Shown: positions 8,388-16,404 of the stretch, piece after piece | Layout of the letters: every line of letters begins with the position of its first letter | How positions within the stretch are numbered: position 1 is the first letter of the stretch | From: Chloroflexota bacterium | Lineage (GTDB): Bacteria > Chloroflexota > Limnocylindria > Limnocylindrales > CSP1-4 | DNA length: 44,641 bases | Assembly (NCBI GenBank): GCA_003169655.1 | Contig: PNAZ01000162.1 | Location: forward strand, 30,818-75,458 | Direction of reading: 5' to 3' | Notes under the pieces: generated by a model | The model's database searches: none | What the model was told of the DNA's origin: nothing | The model's input: only the letters and a program-made list of their open reading frames with translations | Translations under genes and position numbers: made by a program

Positions 8388-10187
8388 ATGGGAGTCGATT
8401 CTGTGCCGCTCGGTGAGGAGGTCCTGGGCAGGTTCCTGGGGGATGCCTCGTTCCCCGTGGCTTGGGATTCCGAGATCGAGAAGGACTTCTTCTGGGTCTA
8501 CGACGACCTCCATTGTCCGCATCCCGTCAGCCCCATGTTCTTCGACATCGGTGGCTGGTGGTTGACCTGCGACCACATGTTCCGGCGTTTCGGAACCCCG
8601 TTCGCCGTCGACTGGCTGGCCAAGAACGTCAACGGCTACGTCTACACGACCGCGATCCCACCTGACCCGACGCTCCGGATCGACTCGACCGAGTACAGCG
8701 CCCGATACGGCGCACGCGTGCCGCGCGATGCCGATTTTGGCGCAACGATGGGGGCCTACCTCGACACGGTCCTGCCGGTCTATGGTGACCAGTTCGCCGA
8801 TTGGTGGCGGGACCGGCTGCGTCCCGAGATGGAACGCAACTTCGTGTACCTCGAGGAACGCCTGGACGCCGCCGAGCGAATGACCCTGGCCGAGGTGGCG
8901 TGCCTGCTCGAGGACGCGATCGATGTCCACGACCGCCACTGGAAGATCCACTGGATGCTGAACTTCGCGCAGCTCTCGGCAACCTTGAATCTTCGCGCGG
9001 TCATGGAGAAGGCCCGCGGGAACGTCGACGAGCAGCTCCTCGGCCGGCTCCAGAACTCGGCGTCGGACCGCAACTGGGACTCGATCGAGGCACTCTGGCA
9101 GATGAAGAACGAGGTGCGCGACGACCCCGAGCTGCGCCCGGCGTTCGGACTCGACGGGGTGCCCAGGATCGTCGAGGCACTCCGCGCGACCGAGCGCGGG
9201 CAGCGCTTCATCACCGAACGGATCACGGCGTATCAGCGCGAGTTCGGCTGGCACGCCGTGTGGAGCCACGAGTTTATCTTCCCAACCCTGCGCGAGCAGA
9301 TGGAGCCGGTCATCGAGCTCGTGCGAGGCTACCTCGAAACGGACTACGACTACCCTTCAGCCATCGAGGCGATGCGCCTCGACATCGAGGCCGCATCGGT
9401 GGAGATCCTCGATGGCTTGACCGATACGGCGCTCGAGGAGATGCGGGCGGCCAATGCAGTCAATCTGCGGATGGCCCCGCTCACCCCCGACCACCATTTC
9501 TACATCGACCAGGGAGCGAACGCACACGTTCGCCTTGTCCTGATCGCCGCCGGGCGGAAGCTGGTCGAAGCCGGCCGCCTTGACCAGCCGGATGACGTCG
9601 TGTTCCTGCGCTACAACGAGTTGCGCGGCCTGATCGGCGGCGCCGTCAACGTCGATGGCCGGGCCCTGGTGGCGAGCCGACGAGCCGAGCGTCGAGGGTC
9701 GGAAAAGCTGCGACCGCGGGATTGGGTGGGCACGGCGACAGCCTCGCAGCTCGCGTTCCCGTACCTGGTCAACTGGGGATATCCGGACCGCTTCTACCAG
9801 AAGCAGCTGGCCGACGAGCGGATCGTTACCGGGCTCGGGGCGTCACCCGGTGTCGTCGAGGGAATCGCCCGGGTCGTGCGTACGGTCGACGAATTCGACG
9901 AGGTCCGGGCGGGCGACATCCTGGTCTGCCAGATGACGAATCCGGCCTGGGTGGTTCTCTTCACGAAGATCGCCGGTCTGGTGACCGATACTGGCGGGAC
10001 GACCTCGCACCCGGCCGTCCTGGCCCGCGAGTTCGGGATCCCGGCGGTCATCGGCACCTCGGTGGCCACCCAGCGGATCCTCACTGGCGACAGGCTGCGC
10101 CTCGATGGCTCGGCGGGCCTGGTCGAGATCCTCCGCGATGAGCCGACGAAACCGGCGGTTCAGCTATCCGCCCCGATCGGGGGATGA
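8388..10187 (+). CDS. PEP-utilizing-enzyme mobile (swivel) domain protein with a large uncharacterised N-terminal domain
   Basis: C-terminal ~90 aa: GASPGVVEGIARVV...ILVCQMTNPAWVVLFTKIAGLVTDTGGTTSHPAVLAREFGIPAVIG, the classic phosphohistidine swivel. No ATP-grasp or PEP-binding barrel. The start could instead be GTG 8403, which has GGGAG upstream. Confidence 0.85.
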   Translation: MGVDSVPLGEEVLGRFLGDASFPVAWDSEIEKDFFWVYDDLHCPHPVSPMFFDIGGWWLTCDHMFRRFGTPFAVDWLAKNVNGYVYTTAIPPDPTLRIDSTEYSARYGARVPRDADFGATMGAYLDTVLPVYGDQFADWWRDRLRPEMERNFVYLEERLDAAERMTLAEVACLLEDAIDVHDRHWKIHWMLNFAQLSATLNLRAVMEKARGNVDEQLLGRLQNSASDRNWDSIEALWQMKNEVRDDPELRPAFGLDGVPRIVEALRATERGQRFITERITAYQREFGWHAVWSHEFIFPTLREQMEPVIELVRGYLETDYDYPSAIEAMRLDIEAASVEILDGLTDTALEEMRAANAVNLRMAPLTPDHHFYIDQGANAHVRLVLIAAGRKLVEAGRLDQPDDVVFLRYNELRGLIGGAVNVDGRALVASRRAERRGSEKLRPRDWVGTATASQLAFPYLVNWGYPDRFYQKQLADERIVTGLGASPGVVEGIARVVRTVDEFDEVRAGDILVCQMTNPAWVVLFTKIAGLVTDTGGTTSHPAVLAREFGIPAVIGTSVATQRILTGDRLRLDGSAGLVEILRDEPTKPAVQLSAPIGG

Positions 10188-10198
10188 AGGAGGTTCCC

Positions 10199-10873
10199 GT
10201 GGCAACTGCTCGAGCACTCTCCCGCAGCGTGCTCGGCGAGCAGGTCAAGGATCGCATCCTCGAGGGGATCCTCCGGGGCGACTATCCCCCCAACGCTCGG
10301 ATCGTTGAAACGCAAGTCGCACGCGAGCTCAACACCAGCCAGGCCCCGGTCCGGGAGGCCCTCCGCGCTCTCGAGGCCCTCGGCTTCGTCGAGATCACGC
10401 CATTCAAAGGCGCCCGGCTGCGCAGGCCCACCCGCCGCGAGATCCTCGAGGCCTACGCCGTCCGCTCTGCGCTCGAGTCGCTCGGTGCGCGCTCGGCCGT
10501 GCCAGGCATGACCCAGGCCGGGATCGACGAACTCGCCGGGTACTGCGAGGCGATGCACGCGGCGGCCGAGGCCGGCGACGGCCACGGCGTGGCCGAGGCA
10601 GATGCCAGGTTCCACGGCCGGCTCCTGGAGATGGCCGACAACCGCACCCTGGACAAGGTCTGGCGCTCGCTCGAGCCGTTCCTGCGGACGTACATCACGC
10701 TCGTCGTCCCGGGAGCCGATCCGCGCTGGTCGGCCGAACTCCACGCTCCCATCCTGGCGGCCGTGAAGCGCCGCGATACCGAAGCGGTCGTAGCGGCACT
10801 CGAGCGGCACTTCGTCGAGGCGAGCGCAAACATGGCTCGGCGCTGGCCGGATGGCGACCTTCGGGGTGGTTGA
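10199..10873 (+). CDS. GntR-family transcriptional regulator, FadR/FCD subfamily
   Basis: wHTH segment VKDRILEGILRGDYPPNARIVETQVARELNTSQAPVREALRALEALGFV plus a helical FCD-like C-terminus. GTG 10199 has a strong AAGGAGG 6 nt upstream. The alternative ATG 10184 overlaps the previous stop. Confidence 0.88.
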   Translation: MATARALSRSVLGEQVKDRILEGILRGDYPPNARIVETQVARELNTSQAPVREALRALEALGFVEITPFKGARLRRPTRREILEAYAVRSALESLGARSAVPGMTQAGIDELAGYCEAMHAAAEAGDGHGVAEADARFHGRLLEMADNRTLDKVWRSLEPFLRTYITLVVPGADPRWSAELHAPILAAVKRRDTEAVVAALERHFVEASANMARRWPDGDLRGG

Positions 10874-10894
10874 GGCCGACCCACCGCGCCTCCC

Positions 10895-11281
10895 TCAGCC
10901 AGGCAGACCCTGCTTGATCATCGAGAGCGATGGGTCCGGCCCCTTGAAACCGACGAGGTATTCCAGCCTGATCGGCGCGAAGCACTCGTAGAAGACGGCG
11001 TCCTCATCGCCAAGCTGCCGAAAGGCATGGATCCAGTTCGACGGAATCACGAGCAGAGAACCGGGGCCCACCTCGGCCTCCTCGTCGCCCACCTTTGCCC
11101 ACAGCCGACCATGCTCCACGAGCATGATCTGCTCGGCCTCGTGGCTGTGCTCCGGGATGACCACGCCGCCGCGATAGACGATCCGGGTCATCATCGCTTT
11201 CTCGCCCGACACGGTCTGGCGGTGGACGCCGGGGATGTACTCGACGGTAGGGAACTCATCCCAGGTCGTGATCTGACGCAT
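10895..11281 (-). CDS. Cupin-domain protein
   Basis: 128 aa with cupin motifs (PEHSHEAEQIMLVEHG ... GPGSLLVIPSNWIH). GGGAGG SD upstream of the ATG. Confidence 0.8.
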   Translation of the reverse strand: MRQITTWDEFPTVEYIPGVHRQTVSGEKAMMTRIVYRGGVVIPEHSHEAEQIMLVEHGRLWAKVGDEEAEVGPGSLLVIPSNWIHAFRQLGDEDAVFYECFAPIRLEYLVGFKGPDPSLSMIKQGLPG

Positions 11282-11296
11282 GGTGGACCTCCCTGC

Positions 11297-12337
11297 TCAG
11301 CTGTCTGGGGTCGTGCTGGTCTCGGCGAGCCGGGCGGCGCGCGCCCGCGCGTCGAGGCCGCGCAGGATGAGCTCGGGCGTAACCGGCAGCTCGTCGATCC
11401 GCACGCCCGTCGCGTGGTAGATGGCATTGACGATCGCCGGGATCGGCGAGTTCGCCGTCATCTCACCGACGCCCTTGACCCCGTACGGTCCGTTCGACGA
11501 CGGGTACTCGAGCACGACGCACTCGATCTTCGGCATCTCGTAGGCGCCGGGCATCAGGTATTCGCTGAAATCCTTGGGGCTGTAGGCGGGATCGGGGTAG
11601 TACGGCTGGGTCGTCTCGTACAGGGCATGCGACATCCCCATCCAGGCACCGCCCACGATCTGGCCCTTGACCAGGGCCGGGTTGATCTGGCGCCCCACCT
11701 CGTAGGCGCTCCTGATGCTGAGGACTGTCACCTCGCCCGTATCGGTATCAACCGCGACCTCGGCCACGGTGCAGGCGTGGGCTTCGGTCGAGTCGGGGTC
11801 CATGGCGCCGGTCTCGGGATCGACTGGACTCCTGGGCTTCATGTAGACGCCGCGGCCGGCGATCGTCCTGCCGTACTTGAACTGCGCCGCGGCGGCGATG
11901 TCGGCGATCTTCATCGACCGGTCGGGAGCACCGCGGACCAGGATGTTGCCCTGGCCATCGAACTCGAGATCGCTTCGGGCAGCTTCGAGTTCATCTTCCG
12001 CGACGTCGAGGAGGGCCTCGCGCGCCTCCTGGGCGGCCGCGATGACCGCGTTGCCGACGCGGTGCGTCGCCCGGCTCGCGAAGGTGCCCATGTCGTGGGG
12101 TCCGGTGTCGGTGTCGGCGGTGTCGATGACGACGTCGTCCATGCCCACCCCGAGGGCCTCGGCGGCGATCTGGCCAATGACCGTGCGCAAGCCCTGGCCG
12201 AGGTCCGTGGCCGACAACGAGACGACGAACGAACCGCTCGTTGTCGCGTGGATCAGCGCCTGCGACGGGTCACCGCCAAGGTTCATGCCGGTCGGGTAGT
12301 TGACGGCGGACAGGCCCGTGCCGCGGAGCTTCACCAC
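11297..12337 (-). CDS. Mo hydroxylase molybdopterin subunit, C-terminal half (separate ORF)
   Basis: GTG start 1 nt after the stop of the upstream half. Sequence VKLRGTGLSAV..., DLGQGLRTVIGQIAAE, GPYGVKGVGEMT matches the C-terminal domains of XDH/CoxL-family large subunits. Confidence 0.85.
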   Translation of the reverse strand: MVKLRGTGLSAVNYPTGMNLGGDPSQALIHATTSGSFVVSLSATDLGQGLRTVIGQIAAEALGVGMDDVVIDTADTDTGPHDMGTFASRATHRVGNAVIAAAQEAREALLDVAEDELEAARSDLEFDGQGNILVRGAPDRSMKIADIAAAAQFKYGRTIAGRGVYMKPRSPVDPETGAMDPDSTEAHACTVAEVAVDTDTGEVTVLSIRSAYEVGRQINPALVKGQIVGGAWMGMSHALYETTQPYYPDPAYSPKDFSEYLMPGAYEMPKIECVVLEYPSSNGPYGVKGVGEMTANSPIPAIVNAIYHATGVRIDELPVTPELILRGLDARARAARLAETSTTPDS

Positions 12338-12338
12338 C

Positions 12339-13679
12339 TCACACCCCGCCTTCGGGTCGCCGGGCCGATGTCATCGCCCGGAACCTGGCCGGCAGCTCGT
12401 GGCCGACGAGCCCGGCTGCCGCCTGCATCGTCTCGATCAGGGTCGCATCCTCGACCAGCTTGCGATGGGGCTTCATGTCGCCATCCCGATAGGCATTGAT
12501 GAAGTGGATCGACCACGGATCGAGGCCCACGACCTCGGCGATCTTGTCCATCTGGACCTCGATCGCAAACGAGGCCATGGTGATCCCGAAGCCGCGCATT
12601 GCGCTGGACGGCTGGCGGTTCGTATACACGCAGTAGGCGTCGATCGAGACATTCGGGATGGCGTACGGGCCGGCGGCGTTCGCGGCATGCTTCGTGAGCG
12701 CATACGGCGTCTGGCGGCTGTAGGCACCAGAGTCGGCGTAGCTCGTCACCTTGCGGGCGATGATCCGACCGTCGGCCATGACTCCGTCCTTCATGTAGAT
12801 CCGCCAGGCGCTGCGCGTCGACGAGACCTGCATCTCCTCGGAGCGGCTGAAGGCATACCTGACCGGGCGACTCGTCTTCATCGCCGCGAGCGTCGCGAGC
12901 GGCTCGACGATGACATCGACCTTGCCGCCGAACCCGCCACCCACGGTGCCACCGACGAAATGGAGCTTGTTGCCCGGGACCTGGAGAATGATCGCGGTGT
13001 TGTCGAGGCTGAAGTAGACCGCCTGGGTGTTGGTATACACGGTGTACCGCCCATTTGCCTCGGGCACGGCGATGCATGCGGTCGTCTCGGTTGGCGCCTG
13101 CTCGATCGGCTTCGTGTTGTAGACACCTTCGACGATGTGGTCGGCCCGGGCGAACGCTGCTTCGACGTCGCCGAAGCGCACGCGCCGGCAGGGATGGCCC
13201 TCGTACATGAACGTGTTATTGCCCCAGTGAGTCACGATCGGGGCACCGGGCCGGAGGGCCTCTTCGACTTCAAAGACCGCCGGAAGCTCCTCGAGATCGA
13301 GCTTCACCCGGGCCACTGCTTCGAGGGCAGCGTCCTCGGATTCGGCGACGATCGCGACGATCGGCTCGCCCTTGTAGCGGACACGGTCTTCGGCCAGCAC
13401 GAACTCCTCTTCGGGCTCCACCCCGATCAGGCCGAGGATCGTGTAGACGTTGTGGGGCACGTCGGCGTGGGTCAGGGCGCGGACGAAGCCTGGGACGCGC
13501 TCCGCTTCGGACAGGTCGACGCCCAGGATCCGGGCGTGGTGGAGCGGGCTGCGCACGATCTTGAGATGGAGCAGGCCCGGGAACGAGCGGTCCGTGGTGA
13601 ACTGGGTCCGACCGGTCACATGGCCGATCCCGTCACTCCGCGGAACCGACCTGCCGACGACGTTCATGGCCGGACTCAT
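12339..13679 (-). CDS. Mo hydroxylase molybdopterin subunit, N-terminal half (separate ORF)
   Basis: ATG 13679 (MSPAMNVVGRSVPRSDGIGHVTG...) overlaps the 2Fe-2S subunit stop as ATGA. Motifs GGGFGGK and SAMRGFGI. Ends at TGA 12339-12341. The 560-aa track ORF is 5'-extended through the small subunit. Confidence 0.85.
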   Translation of the reverse strand: MSPAMNVVGRSVPRSDGIGHVTGRTQFTTDRSFPGLLHLKIVRSPLHHARILGVDLSEAERVPGFVRALTHADVPHNVYTILGLIGVEPEEEFVLAEDRVRYKGEPIVAIVAESEDAALEAVARVKLDLEELPAVFEVEEALRPGAPIVTHWGNNTFMYEGHPCRRVRFGDVEAAFARADHIVEGVYNTKPIEQAPTETTACIAVPEANGRYTVYTNTQAVYFSLDNTAIILQVPGNKLHFVGGTVGGGFGGKVDVIVEPLATLAAMKTSRPVRYAFSRSEEMQVSSTRSAWRIYMKDGVMADGRIIARKVTSYADSGAYSRQTPYALTKHAANAAGPYAIPNVSIDAYCVYTNRQPSSAMRGFGITMASFAIEVQMDKIAEVVGLDPWSIHFINAYRDGDMKPHRKLVEDATLIETMQAAAGLVGHELPARFRAMTSARRPEGGV

Positions 13680-14167
13680 CGGCGCTGCGCTCCCGGCGCG
13701 GCGCCGGCCTGCGCGGCGCCTTCGACAGCGGCGACGATCGGCTCGTAGCCGGTGCAGCGGCAGATGTTGCCGGCAAGCGCGTCGAGGATCTCCTCTCGCG
13801 TCGGCCGCGGATTGTGCTCGAGGAGCGCCTTCGAGACCATGATCATGCCGGGCGTGCAGTAGCCGCACTGGAAGCCGGAGGCGTCGAGGAACGCCTGCTG
13901 GAGCGGATCCAAGCCATCGACCGGTGTGATCGACTCGAGCGTCGTCACCTGCTGGCCGGCCACGTCTTCGGCTGGCAGCAGGCAGGCGAGCACCGGTTCG
14001 CCCTCGACCAGGACGGTGCAACTTCCGCAGCCGCCCTGGCGACAGCCTTCCTTGACGGCCGTGTACCCGAGCTGGTAGCGCAGGACTGCCTGGAGCGTCG
14101 TCATCGGCTTGACCATGACCTCGACCTCGCGGCCGCCCAGCACAAAGGTGACGATCTTCGAGCCCAT
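13676..14167 (-). CDS. [2Fe-2S]-binding small subunit of second Mo hydroxylase
   Basis: ATG 14167 (MGSKIVTFVLGG...). Cys clusters CRQGGCGSCTV, CGYCTPG and CRCTGY. Confidence 0.9.
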   Translation of the reverse strand: MGSKIVTFVLGGREVEVMVKPMTTLQAVLRYQLGYTAVKEGCRQGGCGSCTVLVEGEPVLACLLPAEDVAGQQVTTLESITPVDGLDPLQQAFLDASGFQCGYCTPGMIMVSKALLEHNPRPTREEILDALAGNICRCTGYEPIVAAVEGAAQAGAAPGAQRR

Positions 14168-14168
14168 C

Positions 14169-15029
14169 CTAGGCACTCTCCGCCACGCGGGCTCGATGCT
14201 GTTCAACGATGAGCTCGAGTGCTCGCCGAACGAAGACGCCGACCATCCGGCGGCGGTACCACTCGGTGGCAAGGGCGTCGGTCAAGGGGCGGCATTCGCG
14301 CACGGCCGCTGCGGCCGCCTGCTCGATGACCCCGGCCTCGAGGGCCGAGCCGACGATCGCCGCCTCCGCACCCGCGACCCGAATTGGGTGCGGGCCGGCC
14401 GCACCGAGGGCGATTCGCGCAGCACTGATCTGGCCGTCGCGCCGTTCGAGGGCGACGGCCACCGTCACGACGGCGGGGGTATTGGCATGCTTCCGGCCAA
14501 ACTTGATGAAAGCCGTCTGGCGCACCGTCGTGGGCACGCTGATCTCCACCAGCAGCTCGTCGGCAGCCAGCGCGTTGGTCATGAAGCCGGTGTGGAAGTC
14601 GGCCAGCGGAACGACCCGCGTGCCCCGTGGGCCGGCCAGGCGCACCTGCGCGTCGAGCGCGAGCAGGGCAACCGCGACGTCGCCTCCCGGAGAAGGCGTG
14701 AACAGGTTGCCGCCGACCGTGGCCATGTTGCGGATTGGCCAGCTCGCCATGTTCCGGGCGGCCTCACGGAGAAGAGGAACGCCCTCCTCGGCGAGGAGCT
14801 GGGTGAGCGTCGTTGTCGCTCCGATCCCGAGAACGTCGCCACGCCGCTCGATGCCGCCGAGACCCGCATGGCGAAGGCTCATCACCCGGTCCGGCATGGC
14901 AATGCCCTCGTTGATCAGGGGCATCGTCAGCGTCCCGCCGGCCATCACCAGGAGCTCCGGCCCGTGACGCTCGAGTAGGTCGATCGCTTCGGGCAGCGAG
15001 CGGGGAACCAGGTATTCGCCCACGGTCAC
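14169..15029 (-). CDS. FAD-binding medium subunit of second Mo hydroxylase
   Basis: I prefer GTG 15029 (VTVGEYLVPRSLPEAIDLL...), which has AGGAG 8 nt upstream and a typical CoxM N-terminus. The track start, GTG 15110, is the alternative. Confidence 0.8.
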   Translation of the reverse strand: MTVGEYLVPRSLPEAIDLLERHGPELLVMAGGTLTMPLINEGIAMPDRVMSLRHAGLGGIERRGDVLGIGATTTLTQLLAEEGVPLLREAARNMASWPIRNMATVGGNLFTPSPGGDVAVALLALDAQVRLAGPRGTRVVPLADFHTGFMTNALAADELLVEISVPTTVRQTAFIKFGRKHANTPAVVTVAVALERRDGQISAARIALGAAGPHPIRVAGAEAAIVGSALEAGVIEQAAAAAVRECRPLTDALATEWYRRRMVGVFVRRALELIVEQHRARVAESA

Positions 15030-15116
15030 CGTGAAGACTCCTGGCCCTCGGGCGAAGCATCCAGCGGGGCGGAGCCGGTCATCTGCATCGAGGGACGCTC
15101 GGGGCGCCACGGGCGA

Positions 15117-15410
15117 TCACGAAATCACCTCGTAGCCCTGGACCTCGCTGCTCGAGATGAGCGCGTTGAGCGCCGGCTGGAGGTCCTGGTGGACCGGCGA
15201 TGAACGCCAGCCCAGGGACGATTCCGCATCGCGGAATCGCAGGATCATCTGGTAGCGGGTCGGGTCTTCAGCCTCACGCAACAGCTCCACCCGCACGAAC
15301 CCGGGAGATTGGGTCATCGCCGGGCGGTATCGATCGGCGAAGAACCGCTCCAACTCGGTGGTCTGGTCGCTCTGGACCTTGAATGTGATGTGACGCTCGA
15401 TCATGGTCAT
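15117..15410 (-). CDS. ABM/Dabb-domain protein
   Basis: 97 aa: ITFKVQSDQTTELERFF...FVRVELLREAEDPTRYQMILRFRDAESSLGWRSSPVH, an ABM-like pattern. The start may be the third codon (ATG 15404), judging by SD spacing. Confidence 0.7.
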   Translation of the reverse strand: MTMIERHITFKVQSDQTTELERFFADRYRPAMTQSPGFVRVELLREAEDPTRYQMILRFRDAESSLGWRSSPVHQDLQPALNALISSSEVQGYEVIS

Positions 15411-15535
15411 CCCTCGAGGAGCGGAATTTGATCGCGGTCCGTAGGCAGGTCTATCGAGATCCTAGTCCGGTTCGGATGGCCCGGGCCGGACGCCGCCGGC
15501 ACGCGGCCCGACCGATCCAGGCCTGGAGCTCGGAT

Positions 15536-16324
15536 TCAGCGCTCCGGCATCGCGCCGAATGTCCTCTCGATGTCGTCGAGCAGCCGCAGCGTCGACTCGA
15601 CCAGGACATCGAGATAGCGCTCGCCGAACTCCGGCGTCGCCGCACGTGGATCACCCCAGGTGCCCGATTGGGTGGCGCGATGGACCGAGCCGGGCGTCGA
15701 GAAGAAGAACGCCGTGTGAACCGGGCCCGGACTCGTGACCTCGGGCAATGGCGGGAACTCGGCGTTCGCCAGGTCCATGTCGACGAGTGCCGGATTGATT
15801 GCGAGGATCGCCGAGGTCTCGCCGAGATTGGCATGCAGGCCCGTCCCCGGGTCGAAGAACTCGGCGGCCTCCGTCGCCGTCATTCCGTCCCAGTAGTTGA
15901 TCGGAAAGGCCCGCACGCCAGCGGGTATCCGATCGGCCGCATTGGCGCAGGCATAGGCGATCGCGTACGTGTTGTCGTAGTGGCCATTGAGGAAGATCAC
16001 CCGCCTGAATCCCACCGCCGCCAGGGACACGCACAGATCCTCGACGAGCGCCATGAAGGTCGGGATCCGCACGTGCACGACCCCGGTGAAACCCACGTGC
16101 GGATAGGACAAGGCGTAGTTGATCGACGGCGCGACCACGGCACCAAGCCGCGGCGCGATGCGACGGGCGACCTCCTGGGGCACCAGGACGTCGGTCAGGA
16201 GCGGGGCATGCGGACCGTGTTGCTCGGTCGAGCCGGTCGGCACGATCACGGTCTGATGGTTCTTGAGGAACGCTTCGACCTCGAGCGTGGTCATCTCGCC
16301 CAGGAACACCGTGGCGGGCTTCAT
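15536..16324 (-). CDS. Creatininase-family amidohydrolase
   Basis: ATG 16324 has AGGAGGAGG upstream. Motif PTGSTEQHGPHAPL and FLNGHYDN are typical of the creatinine amidohydrolase family. Confidence 0.85.
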   Translation of the reverse strand: MKPATVFLGEMTTLEVEAFLKNHQTVIVPTGSTEQHGPHAPLLTDVLVPQEVARRIAPRLGAVVAPSINYALSYPHVGFTGVVHVRIPTFMALVEDLCVSLAAVGFRRVIFLNGHYDNTYAIAYACANAADRIPAGVRAFPINYWDGMTATEAAEFFDPGTGLHANLGETSAILAINPALVDMDLANAEFPPLPEVTSPGPVHTAFFFSTPGSVHRATQSGTWGDPRAATPEFGERYLDVLVESTLRLLDDIERTFGAMPER

Positions 16325-16404
16325 CGCGATCCGTCCTCCTCCTGATCTGGATCCTTCGTGGCCTGTTCGGGCGCGGCTCAGCGCCGCCTTCAGCGGTTCG
16401 AGCT

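Noticed and set aside
8157-9269. 370-aa minus-strand ORF
   Set aside because: It is antisense to the swivel-domain protein and the ABM gene. The composition is low-complexity Arg/Pro/Gly/Val.
12300-13748. 482-aa plus-strand ORF
   Set aside because: It is antisense to the N-terminal half of the split Mo subunit and has no recognisable motifs.
16325-16404. Possible terminator between nagA and the creatininase gene
   Set aside because: Only a 5-bp stem (GCGGC-TCAGC-GCCGC) is present, with no U-tract. This is too weak to call.
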